From contig JAWMAR010000100.1 of NCBI GenBank assembly GCA_036785375.1, forward strand, positions 248,001 through 312,000: DNA of 64,000 bases, given 5' to 3'. Positions 36,690-47,939 of this stretch are shown piece after piece (the stretch's first letter is position 1; every line of letters starts with the position of its first letter). The stretch is from Leucoraja ocellata. Taxonomy: Eukaryota. The notes beneath the pieces were generated by a model. That model searched no databases and was not told where the DNA came from. It worked only from the letters and a program-made list of their open reading frames with translations. Made by a program: the position numbers and the translations under genes.

Positions 36690-37525
36690 GTAGGGGGCGC
36701 TGTCCTGTGTGGTATGGCTGCCCAGCCTGCAGCTGTTCATTTTTTCACTCTTTTTTTTAATTTTTAGCGAGTTTTAGTGTTTTGTTTTTTGGAGTTCTAG
36801 TCTTTTTATTTGGGGGGTGGGGGGGGAGGAAGGGGGAAACTACTTTTCAGGGTCCCTATCTGGTCGGAGAGGCAGCTTTTCTCCAGGCTGCACTTTCGAC
36901 CCGTCCTCGCGGCCTACCAGCGGGCCTGGAGCGGCGTTTCCTGAGGGGACTGCCCAGTACCTCGGCTTTGGCGGCGGCACAGCGCTGGAGCGCTATTGCG
37001 GAGCGGGCGATGCCTTGCTTGGGTCGCCGCGCTGGAACTCCGATATGCTGAGACCGCCGAGAAAAACATCGCGGAGCTGCGGGACTGTGGAGCGGCCAGC
37101 CGCGGACGGCGGTGCTGAACTTTTCATCGGGAGCCTGGGATCTCTCGATGAGATCACCAGTGGTGAAGCTCCATCCGGTGCGACCTTGTTTGCTTCGGAA
37201 GCTGCGGTCTCCGGTACGGAAGTGGCAGTTCCAGGCATCCCAAGCCGCTGAGAGGATTCTCCGGATGCCGGAGCACCATCACCCGGAGAGAACGGCCTGG
37301 AACATCGGGCCTCCGTAAAGGCAACTGCGGAGGCCTCAATAGGCCTGACTATGGGTGGACATGAGATGGGGACTGGACATTGTGCCTTCACTCATAATGG
37401 GAACCATTGTGGGGGATGTTTTTATGTTTACATTTCCTTATTACTGTTATGTCTGTATTCTTTCTTTATGTGCTGCATGGCAAGAAGCATTTCACTACAC
37501 CTAGGGGTATGTGACCAATAAAATA
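36690..37525 (+). mobile_element. GC-rich non-coding retro-element, family B, apparently full length
   Basis: 5' gtagggggcgctg; 3' end gcatttcactacacctaggggtatgtgaccaataaa resembles the Rex-type tails in this window (ttcactgtatctcggtacacgtgacaataa). Confidence 0.7.
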
Positions 37526-37571
37526 ACCTGTTGGGATCGAATTACTGTGTTTCAGTAATTCATTGTGAGAT

Positions 37572-38250
37572 TCAAAGTATCAAAGGTATCAAAGGTATTT
37601 TATTAGTCACATTCACATACACCTAGGTGTAGTGAAGTGAAATGCTTTTTGCCATTTTGCAGCACACAAAAAAAGAATACAGACATAACACCAATGAGAG
37701 CCTTAAACACATAGAACATCCCCCCACAATGGCTCCCACCATGAGGGAAGGCACAAAGTCCAGTACCCAACCCCAGTTCACCCATAGTCGGGCCTATTGA
37801 GGCCTCTACAGTTGCCTCTACGGAGGCCCGATGTTCCTGGCCGTTCTCGCCGGGTGATGTTGCTCCGGCGTCGGGAGAGTCCTCCCAGCGGCATGGGAAC
37901 CCTGGAACGGCCGCTTCCGCACTGGAGGCCGCGGCTTCCGAAGCCAACAAGGCTGCGCCGGTTGGAGCTCCACAACTGGCGATCCCGTCGCGAGGTCCCA
38001 GGCTCCCGGTTAAGTTCAGCGCCGCCACCCGCAGCTGGCCGCTCCACAGACCCGCTGCTCCACTGGAGTTCCAGTGCGGCGACCAAGGCAAGGCATCGCC
38101 CGCTCCGCAATAGCGCTCCAGCGCTGTGCCGCTGCAGAAGCCGTGGTTCTGGGCGGTCCCCGACAGGAAACGCCGCTCCAGGCCCGCAGGTAGGCCGCGA
38201 GGACGGGTCGAAGCTGCAGCCCAGAGAAAAGCTGCCTCTCCGACCAGGTA
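37572..38250 (-). mobile_element. Second family-B copy, inverted tail-to-tail with the first; runs into an assembly gap
   Basis: Reverse complement aligns by eye with 36855-37520 (both translate YLVGEAAFL..A.STRPRGLPAGLERRFL). Confidence 0.8.
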
Positions 38251-38392
38251 NNNNNNNNNNNNNNNNNNNNNNNNNNNNNNNNNNNNNNNNNNNNNNNNNN
38301 NNNNNNNNNNNNNNNNNNNNNNNNNNNNNNNNNNNNNNNNNNNNNNNNNNNNNNNNNNNNNNNNNNNNNNNNNNNNNNNNNNNNNNNNNNNN
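38251..38392. other. Assembly gap
   Basis: Run of N. Confidence 1.
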
Positions 38393-38491
38393 ACAAATAC
38401 CTCGGCCCATTGAGTCCATGCCTCCATGCCCTCCGCACACTAACAATTTACAACAAAAGCCAATTAGTCTACAAACCTGTATGTATTTGGA

Positions 38492-39624
38492 ATAGAAACA
38501 TAGAAACATAGAAAATAGGTGCAGTAGGCCATTCGGCCCTTCGAGCCTGCACCGCCATTCAATATGATCATGGCTGATCATTCAACTCAGTATCCTGCCC
38601 CTGTCTTCTCTCCATACCCCCTAATCCCTTTAGCCACAAGGGCCACATCTAACTCCCTCTTAAATATAGCCAATCAACTGGCCTCAACTACCTTCTGTGA
38701 CAGAGAGTTCCAGAGATTCACCACTCTCTGCGTGAAAAATGTTTTTCTCATCTCGGTCCTAAAGGATTTAAGGATATCCTTAAACTATGATCCCTTGTCC
38801 AGGACTTCCCCAACATCGGGAACAATCTTCCTGCATCTAGCCTGTCCAACCCCTTAAGAATTTTGTAAGTTTCTATAAGATCCCCCTTCAATCTTCTAAA
38901 TTCTAGCAAGTACAAGCCTTCTCTGTACTCTCTCTATGGCAAGAATGTCTTTCCTCAGATTTGGAGACCAAAACTGTACACAATACTCCTGGTGTGGTCT
39001 CACCAATACCCTGTACATCTGCAGTAGAACCTCCCTGCTCCTATACTCAAATCCTATTGCTATGAATGCTAACATACCATTCATTTTCTTCACTGCCTGC
39101 TGCACCTGCATGTCTACTTTCAATGACCGGTGTACCATGACACCCAGGTCTCGTTGCATCTCCCCTTTTTCCAATCGGCCACCATTTAGATAATAGTCTA
39201 CTTTCCTGTTTTTGCCACCAAATTGGGTAACCTCACATTTACCCACATTATACTGCATCTGCCATGCATTTGCCCACTCACCCAGCCTATCCAGATCACC
39301 TTGCAGCCTCCTAGCATCCTCCTCACAGCTAACACTGTCCCCCAGCTTCGTGTCATCCGCAAACTTGGAGGTTTTGCGTTCAATTCCCTCGTCCAAATCA
39401 TTAATATATATTGTATATAGCTGGGGTCCCAGCACGTGAGCATTGCGGTACACCACTAGGCACTGCCTGCCATTCTGAAAAGGACCCGTTTACTCCTACT
39501 CTTTGCTTCCTGTTTGCCAGCCAGTTCTCTTTCCACATCAATACTGAACCTCCAATACCGTGTGCTTTAAGTTTGTATAATAATCTCTTATGTGGGACCT
39601 TGTCGAAAGCCTTCTGAAAGTCCA
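38492..39624 (-). mobile_element. CR1/HER1 LINE RT to 3' end, nested in a V-SINE (38393-38490 and 39625-39783)
   Basis: LDFQKAFDKVPH, LGPQLYTIYINDL, KFADDTKL; an internal deletion of about 60 bp near 38918. Confidence 0.92.
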
Positions 39625-39889
39625 GTGGGATGAATGTGGGATGAAACCAGAGAACAATGAGAAAACCCACGCAGGTGGTGGAGAGAAGGTGCAAACTCCA
39701 TCCAGACAGCATCCGTAGTCAGGATCGAAACTGGGTCCCTGGCGCTGTAAGGCAGCAACTCTACCGCTGCCCCACCGCCACAATAAATTCTACAACTGGT
39801 AGAAAGACATACCTGGAAATATAAAAATCCTCAGATTTGTCGATTAAATGGAATGAAATGCCCGAGAAACAAATGATTGAGATGTGCAG

Positions 39890-40421
39890 TCAACATATTC
39901 TTGCTATTGAGGGAGTGCAGCAGAGGTTTGCAATGTTAATTCCTGGGATGGCGGGACTGTCATATGCTGAGAGAATGGAGCGGCTGGGCTTGTATTCTCT
40001 GGATTTTAGAAGGATGAGAGGATATCTTATTGAAACATATAAGATTATTAAGGGTTTGGGCACGCTAGAGGCAGGAAACATGTTCCCAAGTTGGGGGAGT
40101 CCAGAACCAGGGGCCACAGTTTAAGAATAAGTGGTAAGCCATTTAGAACGGAGATGAGGAAACACTTTTTCACACAGAAAGTTGTGAGTCTGTGGAATTC
40201 TCTGCCTCAGAGGGCAATGGAGGCTGGGTCTCTGGGTACTCTCAAGAGAGAGCTTGATAGGGCTCTTAAAGATAGCGGAGTCAGGGCATATGGGGAGAAG
40301 GCAGGAACGGGGTTCTGATTATGGATAATCAGCCATGATCACATTGAATGGCGGTGCTGGCTCGAAGGGCCGAATGGCCTACTCCTGCATATATTGTCTA
40401 TTGTCTATTGTCTATTGTCTA
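39890..40421 (+). mobile_element. CR1/HER1 LINE 3' end, same subfamily as 139-688
   Basis: ILAIEGVQQRFAMLIPGMAGLSY; (ATTGTCT)n tail. Confidence 0.92.
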
Positions 40422-40969
40422 TAACACAGGGAACAGCACCATTGTTTGTGCACATTCATCTCCTTCTGCTACTGGGCACTATTTCACCAAACTCATTTGT
40501 TTTGGATGACAGCAGACCCGGTGGCAACAATGAGATTACACAAGCCCCTATCAAGGGCTAAATTCACATGGTCACCACGTCTGTCCTAGAAAGATGAGAT
40601 CGTGATTCATGTAGGATCTCACAATAAATGCGGCAACTGGTAGAAAGGCTCACTTGGAGATTACGGAGGGCGGCCGGTCTTGATGTTGTTGGAGATTTCA
40701 CAAATGTGAATGGCAGAATGCAGTAATTCAATTCCATTGCATTGAAATACCAGTTGTGAACTCCTGCACATGAGATGCCATGTGTTGATTGTTAAGGTGG
40801 CATAATGGCACAGCTGGTAAGGCTGCTGCCTCACAATGCCAGATACCAGAGTTCAATTCTGACCACGGGTACCATCTCTCTGAAATGTGCACATTCTCCC
40901 TGTGCGATGTGTATGTTTACTCTGGGTGCTCCAGTTTCCACCCACATCCCAACAACAACAGATTTGTAG

Positions 40970-41818
40970 TTTAGACAGTGGGTGAGGCAGCATCTCTGAA
41001 GAGAAGGACATTCATAACAAGGACAGAGTCCCTCTTGTCTACACCTTCCACCCCATCAGCTGTCGCATACAGCCTATAATCCTTCAACATTTTCACCACC
41101 TCCAATGTGATTCCACTACTGGCCACATCTTACCATCTCCACCCCTTTCTGCTTTCCGCAGAGACCGTTCCCTCTGAAACTCCCTGGTCAACTTGTCCCT
41201 TCCCACCCAAACCATCCGCTCCCTGGGTACTTTCCCGTGCAACCACGGGAGTTGCAACACCTGTCCCTTTACCCCCCCCCCCCCCCCGACTCAATCCAAA
41301 TACCCAAACAGTCTTTCCAGGTGAGGCAGAGGTTTACTTGCACCTCCTCCAACCTCATCTACTGTATCCGCTTTTCCAGTTGTCAACTTCTCTACATCGG
41401 CGAAGTTCCGCTGAACACCTCTGCTCAGTCCTACTTAATCCACCTGATCTCCTAGTGGCTCAGCACCAACTCCTCCTCCCATTCCCAATCTGACCTTCTG
41501 TCCTGGGCATCCTCCATTATCAGAGTGAGGCCCAGTGCAAATTGGAGAAACAACACCTCATACATCACTTGGATAATTTACATCCCAGCGGTATGAACGT
41601 TGACTTCTCTAACTGCAGATAGCCCTTGCTTTCTCTCTCCGTCCCCTTCCCTGACTCCGCCTACATTCTATCTTTGTCCCGCCCCCTCCCTTGACATCAG
41701 TCTGAAGAAAGGTCTCGACCCGAAATGTCACTCATCCCTTCTCTCTAGAGAGGCTGCCAGAGTTACTCCAGCATTTTGTGTCTACCGATTTAAACCAGCA
41801 TCTGCATTTCTGTCTTAC
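40970..41818 (+). mobile_element. Penelope-like element 3' portion: GIY-YIG endonuclease remnant plus hammerhead pLTR, inserted in a V-SINE (40795-41980)
   Basis: NKDRVPLVYTFHP; QSFQVRQRFTCTSSNLIYCIRFSSCQLLYIGE (GIY-YIG); short inverted pLTR piece at the 5' end; TSD acagatttgtag at 40958-40969 / 41819-41830. Confidence 0.9.
41697..41735 (+). ncRNA. Minimal type-I hammerhead ribozyme-like motif of the Penelope pLTR
   Basis: cagt CTGAAGA aaggtctcgaccc GAAA t GTC act: core boxes, stem II, GUC triplet and short stem I (agt/act). Confidence 0.6.
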
Positions 41819-42699
41819 ACAGATTTGTAGGTTAATTGTCCTGTGTAAATTGGCCCTAGTGTGAAGGGAATGGATGCTAAAGTGAAATAACTTTAATCAA
41901 ATGTGAACGGGTGATCAATATCATTGGGCAGCATGGACAGTGTGCCGAAGCTGTTTCCATGCTGGGTCTTTCTATCAATCAAAACATTGTTCAGCATCAT
42001 CTCTGAATGAGCTGCTCATAGACACTGAAGGTGTAACAAGTGCTTTCAAAAGCTGGGGTACCAGGCTTACACAGCTCCCCGCATCCCTCCAATATCCCTT
42101 CATCTGGTGAAAAGGATGTGATACTTTCAGTGCATAGCAGGTGCAGCTTCCTTACTCCCTACCTTTGCAAACATAGAAAAGTGAGTGAGTAAATTAAAAT
42201 GCTCAAGGGGATTCACAAAGATGTTGTGAGGTCCGTCAGTGTGAGGTCCATTTCAGGCTGTAGCATAAATGATGCATGCACGGCATCTGTGGTTAGGCAC
42301 ACAACAAACAAAATGCACTGTCCACCTTTTTTGAAATCTTCCCATTTTTAAAGCATTTGATCCAGTATCTAAGTGAGTAATCAATTTGAGGAGGCTACAG
42401 TGAAAAACAAGTAAATATTGCAGATTGGAACAAATGCTGAGAAAATCAGGTTGTTTATCATCTATTAGTATTTCAATGGTAATATTGTGGTTGACCTTTG
42501 CACAGGTATCCAAATGTACAAGCTATTGATTTGGAGATTTGAGAATGAATCCCACCATGGCAGCTGGGGAATTTAAATTATAGATTGGGAATCAGGGTTA
42601 AAAAGTTAATATTGGTAATACTGATCATGCAACTTCTTTATGGTCGAATAACCTTATCCACGAATATCATTCCAGGAAGGAAGTCTGACATTTTCACAA

Positions 42700-42788
42700 A
42701 GATAGACACAAAGTGCTGAAGTTACTCAGGCAGCATCTCTGGAGAAAAGAGATGGGTGGCATTTCAGGTCAGGACCCTTCTTCAGACT
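42700..42788 (-). mobile_element. Penelope pLTR fragment
   Basis: gatagacacaaagtgctg...tttcaggtcaggacccttcttcagact. Confidence 0.75.
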
Positions 42789-42867
42789 ACCTTTCTCTGA
42801 AAACTGGTGCACTGCTTTTGAAACGACTTTATCAGACTCTGGTATTTTTATATTTTCATCTCATCCT

Positions 42868-43015
42868 AGAAGGATGAGAGGGAATCTTATTGAAACATAT
42901 AAGATTATTAAGGGCTTGGACACGTTTGAGGCAGGAAATATGTTCCAGATGTTAGGGGAGCCCAGAACCAGAAGCCACAGTTTATGAATAAGAGGTAAGC
43001 CATTTAGAATGGAGA
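42868..43015 (+). mobile_element. Internal CR1 fragment lacking both ends
   Basis: agaaggatgagagggaatcttattgaaacatataag...ccacagttt. Confidence 0.8.
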
Positions 43016-43608
43016 TAATAATATATTTTTCTTTATTTCACTGTTAAACGTTAGATTTGGCACCTAATTGGCCAAAGTAGCATGGCTATATTGATGCGTG
43101 GGTGTCACTGTTGTGATTATTCAAGCTGAATGCTACTTAAACAAGCAGGCTCTGTCATAATTTGTACGGCTCCATCTACTAATATTTTTGGTACTAACAT
43201 TTTGTTCTATGTAGCACTTTTGTGAATGAATTAACTCAAACTAACGTTGAGATATCGGACAATGTGCTAATTAAAAGGAGGATAAGTGCTGAGTGCTTCA
43301 GTAAGTTCAAGATCATCACATCCATCATTAAACAAGCTGTATCCACTGTGCGGATAAATGGGCTGTTCATTTATTTTATGTAAATATTTTTATTTGCTTT
43401 TAAATTTACTTTTTGGTTACAAATTATGAATCCAGTTAAGGGGTGGTTGTATTTTTGTTTCCAATTGACATATTATATCCATCATATGTTATATTATATC
43501 CATCCATCTTATCTGAATGTTGCGACATGGTCTTGCCCAATTGATAGCAACTCCACGACTTCCTTTGCCAAGACCCCCAATGACTCAAGGGCGGCCTGGG
43601 GGCGTAAA

Positions 43609-43919
43609 GGGTGGCACGGTGGTGCAGCAGTTAAGCTATTGCTTTTAAACACCAGAGACCTGGGTTTGATCCCGACAACAGGTGCTGTGTGTACGGAGTT
43701 TGTACATTCTCCCCTGTAGCGTGTCCTGCGCGGGTTTTTTCCGAGATCTTTGGTTTCCTCCCGAACTCCAAAGAGGTACAGGTTTGTAGGCTAATTGGCT
43801 TGGTATAAGTGTGAATTGTCCCAAGCGTGTGAGGCACTGTTAGTGTGTGGGGATCGCTGTTTGGTGCGATCCCCGCACACTACCGGTTTCCGCACTGTAT
43901 CTCTAAACTAAACTAAACT
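43609..43919 (+). mobile_element. Full-length V-SINE
   Basis: Head, V-domain and (CTAAA)n tail. Confidence 0.9.
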
Positions 43920-44149
43920 TTGCTCTTATTTTTTCAATGCCAGGCTCTGATTTCATTGTTAAAAATGCTTCCAGCTACAGTATCCCAGCCCTCGTCTCTG
44001 CACTTTCTTCTTGCAGGTCGATTCTTTTCTCAAAAAATGCCTTTCCTAAACTCAGCAACTGGGCACGACATAGACTTAACTTTAGCTTTTTTCTCATTTG
44101 CAACATATCTTGGCATTATTTTTAAATATATTTATTCAGTAAAAATATG

Positions 44150-44432
44150 TTTAGTTTAATAATATAGCGCAGAAACAGGCCCTTCAGCCCACCGAGTCCG
44201 TGCCGACCAGTGATCCACACTAACACTATCCAACACACACTAGGGACACTTCACAATTTTACCAAGCCTATTAACCTGTTGGAGTGTGGGAGGAAACTGG
44301 AGCACCCAGACAAAACCCACGGTGCTCATGTGGAGAATGTACAAACTCCATACAGGCATCAGCAGTAGTTAGGATTGAACCCGGGTCTCTGGCGCTTTAA
44401 GGCAGCAACTCTACCGCTGCGCCACCGTGCTG
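44150..44432 (-). mobile_element. V-SINE, inverted relative to 43609-43919
   Basis: gaaacaggcccttcagcccaccgagtcc...aggcagcaactctaccgctgcgccaccgtg. Confidence 0.9.
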
Positions 44433-45475
44433 CACAGTGTGAAGGATCTAAATGAAAAGTGAGCAGCATTAGGAACAGAATTCTCATTAATCTCCTGAGC
44501 ATTTCAATAATGAACATGCTTATTTTAAATGCTAATTTACTTTGTGCACTAATATTATGCAGCATCATTTCAAGGCATTGGGGTTTTATCTTGTATCCAA
44601 TTTTCCAAACAATCTTGAAATTTTGTGGTATGCTATTAAGACATAAAATAGATTAGTAAGGTAAACTTGCTGGTATCTTTGCTGCTACAAACCTGCTTTC
44701 AAACAATGGTAAAGGAGGCACAGATTGTTGAAAGATTGTGTTTATTGAAGGTTTTGGCAGAACCAACAGACTGTTTTTTAAGGCTACATTGACAGAAAGG
44801 GAGCAATTGCAGCAGAGGAGTCACATGAATATTTAAGGGAGATCGATGGCCAGATGTTGCTCAACTCTGCTGCTTATGGAGTATCTTAAGGCGGCTGGGA
44901 ACAGAGAAGAACTCATTAATGAATAGGAGCACTTCGCACAGAACTTTTTGTTTTTTGTATTACATGCATGAGAATGCATCAGAATAGAAAACTTTTAATT
45001 CAACATGAAGAAACCGGTAACTTTACAGTTGTCTGTGGGACATCGGTAAAAGTTCAAAACTCAACAGATTTCCCTGTGAGGCTTGTGACTGTAGCTAGAG
45101 ATACCTGCAACTTATTTATTTCTGAGAGTCCCAAAGGGGTTGGCAGTAATGAATCTGGAAGGAATTGCTCAAAGCTATGTTCTGATTTAAACTTTTATAT
45201 ATTTGTGTCATGCAAGTGGAGAGAGGAATTTACGCATAATGTCTTTATGTGGAGTCAAATCATAGCTACCTAATTAGAGCATAGAGCATAAAACAGTACA
45301 GCACCAGAACAATGCCCATAGTGTCTGTGCCAAACATGATGCCAAGAGCAACTCTTATCTACCTGCACATAATCCATATCATTCCATTTCCAGCATATAT
45401 CCACATGCCCTTCCAAAAGTCTCTTAAATCCCATTATCATGTTTGCTTCAACCTCCATCTCCCCCAGCGCATTCC

Positions 45476-45793
45476 AGGCATGGTTCCGCAGTGGCAGAGT
45501 TGATGCCTCACAGTGACAGAGTCCCAGGTTCGATCCGGACTACGGGTACTGTCTTTACGGAGTTTGTATGTTCGCCCCGTGACCTGCGTGGGTTTTCCCC
45601 GGGACGCCGGCTTCCTCCCACACTCCAAAGACATACAGGTTTGTGGGTTAATTGGGTTGGTATAATTATTAATTGTCCCTAGTGTGTGTGGGATAGTGTT
45701 AATGTGTGGAGATTGCTGGTCGGCGCGGACTCAGTCGCCTGAAGGGTCAGTTTCCAGATGTATCTCTAAACTAAACTAAACTAACCTAAACTG
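45476..45793 (+). mobile_element. Full-length V-SINE nested in an old CR1-like tail
   Basis: B box ggttcgatcc, V-domain, (CTAAA)n tail. Confidence 0.9.
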
Positions 45794-45943
45794 AACACTC
45801 ACCACCCACTGTGTAAAAAAAACATCCCCTGCACATCTCCTTTACACTTTGCTGCTCTCCCCTTAAATCTTTGTTCTCTGGTATTTGATTTTTCCATCAA
45901 GGAACAAAAAGGCTTTTACTGTCAACCCTGCCTGTGGCTCTCA

Positions 45944-47939
45944 TCTATCTATATTACTAAAAATCTGTTCTTGACCGGTTTTGCCGATCTGTGCTGCGAT
46001 TTCCGAGAGAACGCCGCCACCTACGGCCGTCATTTGGGCCACCTCGCTCAGAGCCCCCCTCTGCCGTATGTGTGCCGAGGATTCCCCCCCCTCCTCTCTC
46101 CCCCTCCTCTCTCCCCCTCCTCTCTCCCCCCGTCCTCTCCCCCCTCTCCTCCCCCCCTCTCCTCCCCCCTCTCCTCTTCCCTCTGCTCTCCCCCTCTCTC
46201 CTCTCCCCCCCTCCCCCCCCCCTCCTCTCTCCCCCTCCTCTCTCCCCGTCCTCTCCCCCCTCTCCTCTCCCCCCTCTCCTCTCCCCCTCTCTCCCTCTCT
46301 CCTCTCCCCCCTCCCCCCTCCTCTCTCCCCCTCCTCTCTCCCCCCATCCTCTCCCCCCTCTCCTCNNNNNNNNNNNNNNNNNNNNNNNNNNNNNNNNNNN
46401 NNNNNNNNNNNNNNNNNNNNNNNNNNNNNNNNNNNNNNNNNNNNNNNNNNNNNNNNNNNNNNNNNNNNNNNNNNNNNNNNNNNNNNNNNNNNNNNNNNNN
46501 NNNNNNNNNNNNNNNNNNNNNNNNNNNNNNNNNNNNNNNNNNNNNNNNNNNNNNNNNNNNNNNNNNNNNNNNNNNNNNNNNNNNNNNNNNNNNNNNNNNN
46601 NNNNNNNNNNNCCCCCCTCTCCCCCCTCTCCTCTCCCCCCTCTCCTCTCCCCCTCTCCTCTCCCCCTTCTCTCCTCTCCCCCCTTCTCCTCTCCCCCCCT
46701 CTCTCCTCTCCCCCCTCTCTCCTCTCCCCCCTTCTACTCTCCCCCCTTCTCCTCTCCCCCCCTTCTCCTCTCCTTCCCTTCTCCTCTACCCCTCTCTCTC
46801 CTCTCCCCCCCTCTCTCCTCTCCCCCTCTCTCGCCTCTCCCCCCTCTCTGCACTCCCCCCTCTCTCCTCTCCCCCCTCTCTCCTCTCCCCCCCCCTCTCC
46901 TCCCCCTCTCCTCTCCCCCTCTCCTCCCCCTCTCCTCTCCCCCTCTCCTCCCCCTCTCCTCCCCCCCTCCTCTCTTCCCCCCCCCTCTCCCCCCTCTCCT
47001 CTCCCCCCTCTCCTCTCCCCCTCTCCTCTCCCCCTTCTCTCCTCTCCCCCCTTCTCCTCTCCCCCCCTCTCTCCTCTCCCCCCTCTCTCCTCTCCCCCCT
47101 TCTACTCTCCCCCCTTCTCCTCTCCCCCCCTTCTCCTCTCCTTCCCTTCTCCTCTACCCCTCTCTCTCCTCTCCCCCCCTCTCTCCTCTCCCCCTCTCTC
47201 GCCTCTCCCCCCTCTCTGCACTCCCCCCTCTCTCCTCTCCCCCCTCTCTCCTCTCCCCCGCTCTCTCCACCCCCTTCTCCTCTCCTCCCCCTCTCTCCTC
47301 TCCCCCCTTCTACTCTCCCCCCTTCTCCTCTCCCCCTTCTCCTCTCCTTCCCTTCTCCTCTACCCCTCTCTCTCCTCTCCCCCCCTCTCTCCTCTCCCCC
47401 CTCTCTGCACTCCCCCCTCTCTCCTCTCCCCCCTCTCTCCTCTCCCCCGCTCTCTCCACTCCCCCCTTCTCCTCTCCTTCCCCTCTCTCCTCTCCCCCGC
47501 TCTCTCCTCTCCCCCTTCTCCTCTCCCCCTTCTCCTCTCCCCCTTCTCCTCTCCCCCCCTCTCTCCTCTTCCCCCATATCTCCTCTCCCCCCCTCTCTCC
47601 TCTCCCCCCCCTCTCTCCTCTCCCCCCCCTCTCTCCTCCCCTTCTCTCTTCCCCCTCTCTCCCCCCCCCCCCTCTCCTCTACCCCCCTCTCCTCTCTCCC
47701 CCTCCTCTCTTCAGTGGATGTGGTGTGCATGGACTTTAGTAAGGCATTTGACAAGGTCCCGAATGGTTGACTGATCCAAAGGAGCAAATTAATAATATTA
47801 ATATAATATCAAGGGTGGTAATTAGCGTGAGTGCGGGGGGGGGGGGGATAGTTAGTGTGTGTGACGCTGCATGCCGCCTACCCCCCCCCCACAACCGCAC
47901 GTTGGGGAACAGACCCCAACGGGTCTGCACTTGGTCTAG
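45944..47939 (+). mobile_element. Non-autonomous Helitron
   Basis: 5' TC start (tctatctatattactaaaa); 3' hairpin cagaccc-caac-gggtctg then CTAG; inserted between A and T (ctctcA|Taatgg) with no TSD. Confidence 0.85.
46082..47711. repeat. C/T-only minisatellite (polypyrimidine/polypurine), includes N gap 46366-46611
   Basis: Recurrent cctctccccc units with higher-order repeats (ttctactctcc, ctctgcactcc). Confidence 0.95.

Noticed and set aside
35513-38581. Many overlapping 100-270 aa ORFs
   Set aside because: Open on both strands because of high GC and the gap; no RT, endonuclease or host-protein motif recognised.
39783-40660. Short direct similarity caactggtagaaag at about 39792 and 40633
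   Set aside because: Only about 14 bp exact; no element boundaries could be defined.
45971-47787. Long Pro/Leu/Ser-rich and Gly/Glu/Arg-rich ORFs of 333-599 aa
   Set aside because: Artefacts of a C/T-only repeat (no stops possible) and an N gap; open in all frames.
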